NCBI GenBank assembly: GCA_963828345.1
Contig: CAWHEZ010000004.1
Span: 64,539-128,538 of the forward strand
Reading direction: 5' to 3'
Length of the DNA stretch: 64,000 nt
From: an uncultured delta proteobacterium
Lineage (GTDB): Bacteria; Desulfobacterota; Desulfobacteria; Desulfobacterales; SpSt-501
The notes under the pieces were generated by a model. The model did not search any database. It saw nothing but the letters and a program-made list of their open reading frames with translations, and was not told where the DNA came from. A program made the position numbers and the translations under genes. Shown one piece after another: positions 18,748-26,834 of this stretch. Numbering within the stretch: the stretch's first letter is position 1; each line of letters starts with the position of its first letter.

Positions 18748-21332
18748 GCGGGCTCCGCCTCGAAGCGGTAGTTGCCCTGCATGAACTGCTCGACGTACCA
18801 GTCCACCTGGCGATCGTCGGACAGGTTCATGTCCAGCAGACGCACCGTCCCGAGCAGCCGCCCCAGGAGGTCGAGCTTCTCCACGAGCGCCGATTCCTCG
18901 TATTTCTTGATCTCGCCGCGCACCATGTCGCCCTTCAGCTCGACCTTGAAGTCCAGCTGCTTGAGGATCTGCGCGATCATGAGCGCCCGCCGCGAGCGGC
19001 GCCCGATGTCGGCCGCGCCGCCCTTGAAGTAGAAGGTGATGTAGTTGTCGTTCACCGCCTGCCCGCAGAAGCTGTCGATGGTCGTGAAGTGGTAGCCCAG
19101 CCGCGAGTTGAAGTTGAGGTAGTGCCCGGCGATGACCGCGTAGCTCGGCGCGCCCATGCGCCCCTCGGCCACCGGGTCGCGGATCGCGCTCTGGGCCACG
19201 ATCGAGGCGAACCCGCCCCAGCTGACCCCCGCGGTGCGCGACCAGTCCACCCGTTCGTGCTTCATCCCGTTCAAGAGCGCGCGGAACGGGATGGAGGTCA
19301 CGTCCTCCAGCTCGGCCTGGCGGCCGGCCCAGCCCTGGCGCAGCCCGTTGCCCAGGTCCACCACGAGGACCTTCATGGGCAGGTAGACCCGCAGCGGGAC
19401 GGCGATGCAGTCGTCGGGGGAGACCTGATCGGTGATCCGGAACATCTCCCGCATGGACATCTCGTGGGCGAAACGGATGATGTCGTGCAGGGTCTTGCAG
19501 CCGGAGGGTGCGAAGCTCTCCTTCTGCGGGTCGGTCAGGTTCAGGGGCGCGATGCGCTTGAGGACCGATTTGACGAGGTTGTAGGTGGGGCTGTTCTTCA
19601 TCGGGTTGACGGGCGGTTTCTCCTTGAGGAGCGCGTCCACCCGGCCGCGGTAGACGACGCCCCGGGTCGCGTCGACGGTGATCTCGTCGCCGTGGCCGAT
19701 CGCCGCGGTCCCGTTGCCGGTCCCCACGAGGGTCGGGATGCGGAACTCGCGCGCGACCGAGGCCATGTGGCCCGTGACGCTGCCCACGTCGGTGATGAAG
19801 GCGCGAATGCGGCCCATGAGCGGTACGTAGCGCGGCGAGGTCTGGCGGGCGACCACCACGACCCCCTCCGGGATGTGGTGCAGCATGTGGTCGGACTCGA
19901 TGACATAGGCGGTGCCCGCAGCCGTCCCGTCGCAGGCCGTCTGGCCGCCCCGCAGCAGGACCGGGTTGGCGACCTCCGCGGCGTCCCCGGGGGCGGAGGC
20001 CGCTTCTTCGGGTTCCCGGCTGGGGCGCTGGGAGCGCTTCAGCGGCCGGGCCTGCAGGATGTAGAGCCGGCCGTTCGCGTCGATCGCCCACTCGATGTCG
20101 AGGGCGTACCCGTAGTGGCGCTCGAGCTTCAGGCCGTACTCGGCCAGCAGTCGCAGCTCGACGGCGGACAGGCAGGCCGTCTGCTGCATCTCCGGCGGCA
20201 GCGACTCTTCGCTCACGCCGTCCGCGGCGTCCACCTTCAGACGCCGCTTCTTTTCGGCCACCGTTTGGCTTTCGAGCGCGAGGGTGCGCTTGTCCACCTG
20301 GAAGAAGTCGGTGGCCACCGACCCCTCGACGGCATCGGCCGCCAGGCCCCAGACCGCGCTGATCATGATCACCGAGTGGCGGCTGTCGTTGGGGTCCACG
20401 GTGTACATCACGCCGCTGACCTTGGCCGGGATCATGACGATGACGGCGACGCTCATGTTCACGTCCTGGTCGCGGTACCCGCGCCGGCGGCGGTAGTAGA
20501 TCGCCCGGGGGCTGAAGGTGCTCGCCACCACTTCCTTGTACGCCTCGACCAGGTTGGCCTCGCTCACGTTGAGCACGGTCGAGTGCTGGCCGGCGAAGCT
20601 CGCCTCGGAGTCCTCGCTCGTCGCGCTGCTGCGCACCGCGAGCTTGAGGTCCGCCGCGACCGTCTCGCGCAGCTCGCGGGCGGCCTGCAGGATGGAGCTC
20701 TCGAGGTCGGCGGGCAGGTCGGCGTCCATGATGCGGTTCTGGATCTCCTGGCTCACGGCCATGAGCGCGTCGGTGTCGTTGATGTCGAGCGGTTTGAGCT
20801 TACGCGCGATGAGATCGGAGAGATCGTTGTAGTCGAGAAAGAGCTGGTACCCGTAGGCCGTGATGGCGAAGCCGGGCGGCACGGGCAGGTTGGCGCGGTT
20901 GCAGACCTCGCCGAGGTTCGCGGCCTTCCCGCCCACTTCGGACGCGTTTTCCAGGCTCAGGCGCTCGATGGGCAGCACGAAGCTGGTGTCCTCGAAGTGG
21001 CGCTCGTGGAGCAGCTCCGAGAAGATCTTGCCGGAAATTCGCTGCGTGGCCTCCGCCAGCTCCGCATACCGCTCGCCGGACAGGGCGTTGAGCTCCTTGA
21101 CCAGGGTGTTCACCTCGACGGACAGGGCTTCCGTCTGCGAGACGGCCCACATGTAGGTGAACGGCTTGTCCTGGTAGATCGTGTGCTCCAGGTCGGCGAT
21201 GATCTCGAGCGCCCGGTTGTTCGCCAGCAGGAGTCCTTTGAAGCTGGCGTACTTGCGGTGAAAGACGGAGGTCTCGGGCAGCCCGCACTCGGCGGACCGG
21301 TCCCTGCGGAACCAATCGAAGAATTTGAACAT
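18744..21332 (-). CDS. PEP-utilising enzyme family protein (PpsA-like ATP-grasp plus phosphohistidine swivel domain, non-canonical N- and C-terminal regions)
   Basis: Start at MFKFFDWF (ATG 21332). GGKAANLGE and SSATSEDSEASFAGQHSTVLNV (PPDK_N type). Swivel-domain His in GSVTGHMASVAREFRIPTLVG. The C-terminal ~330 aa lack the usual PEP-binding TIM-barrel motifs. Confidence 0.8.
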   Translation of the reverse strand: MFKFFDWFRRDRSAECGLPETSVFHRKYASFKGLLLANNRALEIIADLEHTIYQDKPFTYMWAVSQTEALSVEVNTLVKELNALSGERYAELAEATQRISGKIFSELLHERHFEDTSFVLPIERLSLENASEVGGKAANLGEVCNRANLPVPPGFAITAYGYQLFLDYNDLSDLIARKLKPLDINDTDALMAVSQEIQNRIMDADLPADLESSILQAARELRETVAADLKLAVRSSATSEDSEASFAGQHSTVLNVSEANLVEAYKEVVASTFSPRAIYYRRRRGYRDQDVNMSVAVIVMIPAKVSGVMYTVDPNDSRHSVIMISAVWGLAADAVEGSVATDFFQVDKRTLALESQTVAEKKRRLKVDAADGVSEESLPPEMQQTACLSAVELRLLAEYGLKLERHYGYALDIEWAIDANGRLYILQARPLKRSQRPSREPEEAASAPGDAAEVANPVLLRGGQTACDGTAAGTAYVIESDHMLHHIPEGVVVVARQTSPRYVPLMGRIRAFITDVGSVTGHMASVAREFRIPTLVGTGNGTAAIGHGDEITVDATRGVVYRGRVDALLKEKPPVNPMKNSPTYNLVKSVLKRIAPLNLTDPQKESFAPSGCKTLHDIIRFAHEMSMREMFRITDQVSPDDCIAVPLRVYLPMKVLVVDLGNGLRQGWAGRQAELEDVTSIPFRALLNGMKHERVDWSRTAGVSWGGFASIVAQSAIRDPVAEGRMGAPSYAVIAGHYLNFNSRLGYHFTTIDSFCGQAVNDNYITFYFKGGAADIGRRSRRALMIAQILKQLDFKVELKGDMVRGEIKKYEESALVEKLDLLGRLLGTVRLLDMNLSDDRQVDWYVEQFMQGNYRFEAEPA

Positions 21333-21497
21333 CGGTGTACCCCCCCGATCCTGCTGGTGTGCCCCCCCGTTGGGGCCACGCCGATCATACCCGTTTTCGC
21401 CGCGACTACAAGAGGGTTTGCAGCACCCGTGCAGGCTTGTCAAAGCGCGGGCGAGCCGCTATGATGCGCCGCAACTTCACGGCAGGAGGACGGCACA

Positions 21498-23366
21498 ATG
21501 ACCGGCGGCTACATGGGGAAAATCGCGTTCGTGGACCTGACGCAGGGGGCCGTGCGCACGGAGGAGCTGTCGGACGAGGTCGCTCGCGGGTTCATCGGCG
21601 GTTACGGGATCGGGGCGCGGGTGCTCTTCGAGCGCATCCCCAGGGGCGCGGACCCACTGGGGCCCGAGAACGTGCTCGGGTTCGCGGCCGGCCCGCTGAC
21701 CGGAACCCGGGCGCCCACCGGCGGCCGCTACATGGCGTGCTGCAAGTCCCCGCTCACCGGGGGCTGGGGGGACGCCAACTCCGGGGGCTACTTCGGCAGC
21801 GAGCTCAAGGCGGCCGGCTTCGACGCGATCTTCGTCTCAGGCGCCGCGGCGGCCCCGTGCTACCTGCGGGTCGCCGACGGGCGGATCGAAATCCGGGACG
21901 CCGCCCGCTTCTGGGGCCTGGACACGATCGCCGCGGAAGAGGCCCTCCAGCGCGAGCTGAACGACCCCAAACTCCGGGTAGCGGCGATCGGGCCCGCCTC
22001 CGAGCGCCTGTCCCTGATCTCCGGGATCGTCAACGATCGCGGGCGGGTGGCCGCGCGCTCGGGCGTGGGCGCGGTCATGGGGTCCAAGCGCCTCAAGGCC
22101 GTGGCCGTGCGCGGCACGGCCGCGGTCCCGGTGGCCGACCCGGACGCCCTCGGCCGGCTTTCCAAAGACTTTGCCCGCGCGCTGCGCGAGCTCCCGGGCA
22201 TGGCGCAGGTGCTGATGAAGCACGGCACGTGCGGGTTCACCGGCGCGCTGGTGGCCGGGGGGGCAACGCCCCTGAAGAACTGGCAGCTCGCGGGCGAGCA
22301 GGCCTTCCCCGCGGTGAAACGGGTGACGGACGGGGATGCCTTCGTCCGCTTCCAGACGCGCAAGTACGGTTGCGCCTCCTGCCCGATCAGCTGCGGCGGC
22401 ATCTGCGACGTGTCCACCGGCAAGTACCCCGTGGGCGAGGTCCACAAGCCCGAGTACGAGACGATCGGGGCGTTCGGACCGCTCTGCATGTGCGACGACA
22501 TCGAAGTGATCATCAAGCTGCACGACCTCTGCAACCGCAGCGGCCTGGACACCATCTCCGCCGGCCACGTCCTCGCCTTCGCCATGGAGTGCTTCGAAAA
22601 GGGGATCCTGACCGAGGGCGACACCGACGGCATCCGCATCGGCTGGGGCGACGGGGCGGCCATGGTCGCCCTGCTCGAGAAGGTGATCCGGCGCGAGGGG
22701 ATCGGCGACGTCCTCGCCGACGGGGTCAAGGCGGCCGCGGCAAAGATCGGCCGCGGCGCGGAGGCCTGCGCCATGCACGTCGGGGGACAGGAGCCCGGGC
22801 TGCACAGCGCGCTCTTCCTGCCGAGCCGCGGCACCGGGTTCGTGTGCGACCCGACGCCGGGACGCCACACGGCCGCGCCGATGGCGCGGATAGAGGGCGG
22901 GCCGGGGGCCTACGCGCCCTACCCCGAGCTGAAGATCGGCGCCTTCGAACGCCACGCCTACACCGGCAAGGGCCCGATGAGCGCCACGGCCTCCTGCTAC
23001 CTGCAGATCGGCAACTGCGCCGGGGTGTGCGTCATGCCGTTCATGTTCTTCGGGAACTACCCGCTCGTCGACCTGCTCAAGGCCGTCACCGGCTGGGACC
23101 TCGACGTGGCGGAGGCCCTGCACACCGGGGCCCGCATCCAGGCGCTGCGCCAGAGCTTCAACCTGCGCGAGGGGGTCACGGCCGGCCAGGTGCGCCTGCC
23201 CGACCGCATGACGGGCCGCCCGCCTCAGGCGCAGGGGCCGCTCGCCGGCGTGACCGTCGACGTGGACAACCTCGCCCGCGAGTTCCGCGCGGCCATGGGC
23301 TGGGATGCAGAGACCGGCGTACCGACCGCGGATACGTTGAAAGACTTGGGATTGACGATTTCGTAA
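21498..23366 (+). CDS. aor: aldehyde:ferredoxin oxidoreductase (tungstopterin AOR family)
   Basis: 622 aa. N-terminal MGKIAFVDLTQGAV...GGYGIGARVL, and an internal AOR-type C-x-x-C region (KYGCASCPISCGG). Confidence 0.9.
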   Translation: MTGGYMGKIAFVDLTQGAVRTEELSDEVARGFIGGYGIGARVLFERIPRGADPLGPENVLGFAAGPLTGTRAPTGGRYMACCKSPLTGGWGDANSGGYFGSELKAAGFDAIFVSGAAAAPCYLRVADGRIEIRDAARFWGLDTIAAEEALQRELNDPKLRVAAIGPASERLSLISGIVNDRGRVAARSGVGAVMGSKRLKAVAVRGTAAVPVADPDALGRLSKDFARALRELPGMAQVLMKHGTCGFTGALVAGGATPLKNWQLAGEQAFPAVKRVTDGDAFVRFQTRKYGCASCPISCGGICDVSTGKYPVGEVHKPEYETIGAFGPLCMCDDIEVIIKLHDLCNRSGLDTISAGHVLAFAMECFEKGILTEGDTDGIRIGWGDGAAMVALLEKVIRREGIGDVLADGVKAAAAKIGRGAEACAMHVGGQEPGLHSALFLPSRGTGFVCDPTPGRHTAAPMARIEGGPGAYAPYPELKIGAFERHAYTGKGPMSATASCYLQIGNCAGVCVMPFMFFGNYPLVDLLKAVTGWDLDVAEALHTGARIQALRQSFNLREGVTAGQVRLPDRMTGRPPQAQGPLAGVTVDVDNLAREFRAAMGWDAETGVPTADTLKDLGLTIS

Positions 23367-23494
23367 GCGGTACGGTAGCGGTTCGAGGAGGTCGCGTCCC
23401 GGGGGAGGCAACTTCGAGAGTGTTACGTGTAGAACCGTTCTCCAGTCGTTCAATCGGCTCGGCCCAAGTGCTCGAGAGCAAGGCGTCGCGAATT

Positions 23495-23529
23495 GCGCGG
23501 CGCGAGGCGTACTCCCAGTACGCCGCAGC
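23495..23529. repeat. dispersed hairpin repeat, copy 1 (GCGAGGCGTACT..AGTACGCCGCA)
   Basis: GCGGCGCGAGGCGTACTCCCAGTACGCCGCAGCG, with an internal inverted repeat GGCGTACT/AGTACGCC. A close copy lies at 45486-45518. Confidence 0.5.
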
Positions 23530-23581
23530 GCCCGCGCGATGAGCGCAACCAGCTATCAAACCTAAAACCGAACCACTCTTT

Positions 23582-24430
23582 CTACTCGTAAAGCTGCGGA
23601 TAATGCTCCTTCCACCGCCGCATGAGCCAATGCCACTGCTCCGGATGCTCCCGCACCACCCGCTCGATCACGTCCGTGATGCGCTGCGTGTTCTCGACCA
23701 GGTCGGCCCGCAGGTCCCGTGAGCGCCGCATCTCGATCGGCGGGTGGCCGTGGATGCCGATCACGCCGTCCGGCTCGCGCACGCAGAAGACCGGCACGAC
23801 CGGGCAGCGGCAGCGCAGCGCCAGCATGGCCACCGCCGGGGTGGCGGTCGCCTTTTTGCCGAAGAACGTGACGTCCACCCCGTCCTTGCGCCGCGCCATG
23901 TCCATCAGCACGGCGAGCACCCCCCCGCCGCGCAGAATGGCGGTCATGTCCGCCAGCGACCCCTTCTTGTAGAGAATCGAATTCCCGAACCGGGTGCGGA
24001 TGTAGTGCAGCCAGCGCTCGAAGCGGTTGTTCTTGAACCGCTTGGCGACCGCCGTCACCTTCCCGTCGAACATGCACGGCATGGCCTGGACCCCGAGCTC
24101 CCAGTTCCCCAGGTGCGCCGAAACCGCGATGACGCCGCGATGTTGGACGTAGGCGTCGCGGAAGTGCTTGATGCCGTATAGCCGGATCCGTCCTTCGACG
24201 TCCGCAGGGGTCATGAAGCCGAGCTGCAGGATCTCGACCAGGGTGATCCCGTAGTTGCCGAAGACGCGGCGCGAGCGCGCGCGCACCGCGGCCGGGGAGA
24301 GGTCCGGAAAGGCGAACGCGAGGTTGCGCCGGACGGTTCGCCGCGCGGCGCGGTCGCAAAGGTAGAGGCCGTGCCCGAGCAGGTGCCCGAGCGGCCGGGA
24401 CGGCAGCTTCGTGATCAGACGGTTCAGCAT
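23582..24430 (-). CDS. lysophospholipid/lipid A late acyltransferase (LpxL/HtrB family)
   Basis: Start at MLNRLITKLPS (ATG 24430). HLGNWE catalytic HX4E-type motif. 283 codons including the stop. Confidence 0.8.
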   Translation of the reverse strand: MLNRLITKLPSRPLGHLLGHGLYLCDRAARRTVRRNLAFAFPDLSPAAVRARSRRVFGNYGITLVEILQLGFMTPADVEGRIRLYGIKHFRDAYVQHRGVIAVSAHLGNWELGVQAMPCMFDGKVTAVAKRFKNNRFERWLHYIRTRFGNSILYKKGSLADMTAILRGGGVLAVLMDMARRKDGVDVTFFGKKATATPAVAMLALRCRCPVVPVFCVREPDGVIGIHGHPPIEMRRSRDLRADLVENTQRITDVIERVVREHPEQWHWLMRRWKEHYPQLYE

Positions 24431-24497
24431 AGTGGCGCCACTTCTCCTCCGCTCCCGCGCACGGGAGCCGGTCTCATACCAAAGCGGCCGAGGGCTG

Positions 24498-26645
24498 TCA
24501 ACGCGCGCGGGTCCGGGCCGGGCGGTCCGGCCCGAGCCCGCGAACCTGAAAGCGCACCCGGTCCCCGCCCCCGTCCGGCGCGGACACGCAGAGCTCGTGC
24601 CGCCCCGGTTCGGGCGCCCAGGCGATCGTGCTCCCGGTCTCCGCCAGGAGGCGGCCGTCGAGGGTCCAGCGCAGCTCGACCGCAGGCGCCTGCGCGGCAA
24701 AAACGACCCGCTGCCGCTCGGCGGGGATGTCGGGATCGAGCGCGAACACCGTCTCCGGCGGCGGGTAGGTGATCCGCACCTCGACCCGGCCGGAGGCCGC
24801 GGCACCGGCCGGGACCGTGCCCCGGATGAACCACTCCGCGCGCGCCGGAACGCCGGCCTCGGCCCGCACCAGGCCGGCGGGCGCTTCTCCCGGCAGGAGG
24901 GGCTCGTCGTCGCGCAGGAAGTTCATCAGCTCCATCCAGAGCGGGGCGGCGCCCGTGACCCCGCTCACCTCGCGCATCGGCGCGCCCGAGTAGTTCCCCA
25001 CCCACACGCCCACGGTATAGCGCCGCGAGTACCCGATGCACCAGTTGTCCCGCATGTCCTTGCTCGTTCCGGTTTTCACCGCCGCCGGGAACCGCGGGGA
25101 CAGCGGGTTTTCCAGGCCGAAGGTCGCGCTGCGCGCCTCGCGGTCCGCCAGGATGTCGGTCACGAGAAAGGCGGCTTCGGCCGAGAAGACGCGGCGGCCG
25201 GGCGGGGCCTCGGGTGCGGGCGACAAGCGGATGGCGCCCGCCACGCCGCTCGCGGCCAGTGCCCGGTAGGCCGCGACCAGCTCCCAGAGACTCACGTCGG
25301 CCGTTCCCAGGGCGAGGGAGGGACCGTAGAAATCCCCGTCCTCCTCCAGGCCCCCGAGACCGAGCTCGCGCAGGGTTTTCAGAAACAGCTCGACGCCTGT
25401 CATCTCAACCGTACGCACGGCCGGGATGTTCATCGAGGCCGCCAGCGCCGCCCGGGCGGTGACCGGGCCCTGGTAGCCGCTGTCGAAGTTGCGCGGCTGG
25501 TAAATGCCGCCGGCAACCGGGACGTCGAGCGGGCGGTCGTCGAGCCGTGTCGCCGGGGTGAGGATGCGCCGGTCGAAGGCCAGTGCATACAGGAACGGCT
25601 TCAGCGTCGACCCGGCCTGGCGCCGGGCCGTCACCCCGTCCACGTAGCGCGAGCGCGCGGGGTCGCGGGTGTGGACGGCGTAGGCGAGCACCTCGCCGGT
25701 CCGGTTCGCGACCACGAGCACCGCCCCCTCGCCGACCGCGCGGCCCTGCAACAGCTCGAGCTGACGGGCGAGGCGTTCACGGGCAAAGGCCTGCAACTCC
25801 GCATCCAGCGTGCTCGCCAGGAACGGGCCGGGTCCTCCGGCGGCGGCCAGGCGCCTGGCCGCGTGGGGGGCGAGATCGGCCCCGCCGGCGAAGGCGTGCG
25901 GCCCCGCCAAGGCCCGGGCGGCGGCCTGGCGGACGGCGTCGTCGTCCACCGCCGCCCCGAGGGCCGACTTCAGCCGCAACGCGCGGACGGCGACCCGCTC
26001 GGGGTCCGCGTTCGGGGAGCGCACGAGCGCCGCCAGCACCAGCGCCTCGGGAGCGTCCACGCCGTGCGGGGACTTGCCGAACAACGCGCGGCAGGCCGCG
26101 CCGACCCCCTGGATCTCCCCGCGGAAGAACACGAGGTTGAGGTAGGCCTCGAGCATCTCCTCCTTGCGCCAGCGGGCGTCGAGCTCGCGCGCCGCCAGCA
26201 CCTGGCGCCACTTCTGGCCGAGCGACCGCCCCCCCTCCCCGGCCCGGAGCGCCGGGTCGAGCAGCGCCGCGAGCTGCATCGGGATCGTGCTGGCCCCGCG
26301 GAAGGTCCAGCCCGGCACCCCGCGCAGCGCGGCCGCCGCAAGCGCCCGCCAGTCGACCCCGGCGTGCTCGTAGAACCGACGGTCCTCGGCGCCCACCACG
26401 GCGCTCAGCAGCGCCGGGGAGACCTCCTCTATCGGCACCCAGGCCAGCCGCCGCACCGTGCGGTCGGTGCGCAGCTCCTGCAGCGGGCGGCCCCGGCGAT
26501 CGAGCAGCACGGTTTCGGAAGACCGGTAGCCGGCGCGCACCTCGTCGTAGGCGGGCAGCGCCAGAGCGGCACCGGAGAGGAGCAGGACGGCGAAACAGGC
26601 GCAGCCCATGTGCAGGCCGCTGTTAGCGATTCGGGTTGCGACCAT
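24498..26645 (-). CDS. pbpC: penicillin-binding protein 1C (glycosyltransferase plus transpeptidase)
   Basis: 715 aa. GT51 motifs EDRRFYEHAGVD and GASTIPMQLA, a transpeptidase region including KTGTSKDMRDNW, and a PBP1C-type C-terminal domain. It lies immediately downstream of an alpha-2-macroglobulin gene, as in the known yfhM-pbpC pairing. Confidence 0.85.
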   Translation of the reverse strand: MVATRIANSGLHMGCACFAVLLLSGAALALPAYDEVRAGYRSSETVLLDRRGRPLQELRTDRTVRRLAWVPIEEVSPALLSAVVGAEDRRFYEHAGVDWRALAAAALRGVPGWTFRGASTIPMQLAALLDPALRAGEGGRSLGQKWRQVLAARELDARWRKEEMLEAYLNLVFFRGEIQGVGAACRALFGKSPHGVDAPEALVLAALVRSPNADPERVAVRALRLKSALGAAVDDDAVRQAAARALAGPHAFAGGADLAPHAARRLAAAGGPGPFLASTLDAELQAFARERLARQLELLQGRAVGEGAVLVVANRTGEVLAYAVHTRDPARSRYVDGVTARRQAGSTLKPFLYALAFDRRILTPATRLDDRPLDVPVAGGIYQPRNFDSGYQGPVTARAALAASMNIPAVRTVEMTGVELFLKTLRELGLGGLEEDGDFYGPSLALGTADVSLWELVAAYRALAASGVAGAIRLSPAPEAPPGRRVFSAEAAFLVTDILADREARSATFGLENPLSPRFPAAVKTGTSKDMRDNWCIGYSRRYTVGVWVGNYSGAPMREVSGVTGAAPLWMELMNFLRDDEPLLPGEAPAGLVRAEAGVPARAEWFIRGTVPAGAAASGRVEVRITYPPPETVFALDPDIPAERQRVVFAAQAPAVELRWTLDGRLLAETGSTIAWAPEPGRHELCVSAPDGGGDRVRFQVRGLGPDRPARTRAR

Positions 26646-26659
26646 CGGCTAAGACCATG

Positions 26660-26797
26660 AAATTCGAAATCCGAATATCGAAATCCGAAACAATACGGAA
26701 TGACCGAAACTGCTGGGGCACTGCCGGGTTGCCGTGTTTATCCGTTTGGTCATTTGGGCTTGTTTCGGATTTCGGGATTCGTGCTTCGGATTTGAAG
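26660..26797. repeat. long imperfect palindromic element built from CGAAATC-type heptamers
   Basis: The left arm CGAAATC CGAATAT CGAAATC CGAAACA pairs with the right arm TGTTTCG GATTTCG GGATTCG..TTCGGATTTG. Inner pair AATGACCGAAAC / GTTTGGTCATT. The tract is AT-rich relative to its flanks and lies in the A2M-pbpC spacer. Confidence 0.7.
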
Positions 26798-26834
26798 CAA
26801 CTCCGCTCCTCATCACATGAGCCGAATCCCCGCC

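Noticed and set aside
17725-20091. 788-aa ORF that would span the secreted-protein gene and part of the PEP-utilising gene.
   Set aside because: Only the segment 18060-18747 carries plausible protein sequence (signal peptide onward). The upstream part is out of frame with the well-supported PEP-utilising gene. The 3' end runs through a terminator hairpin into the sulfotransferase gene.
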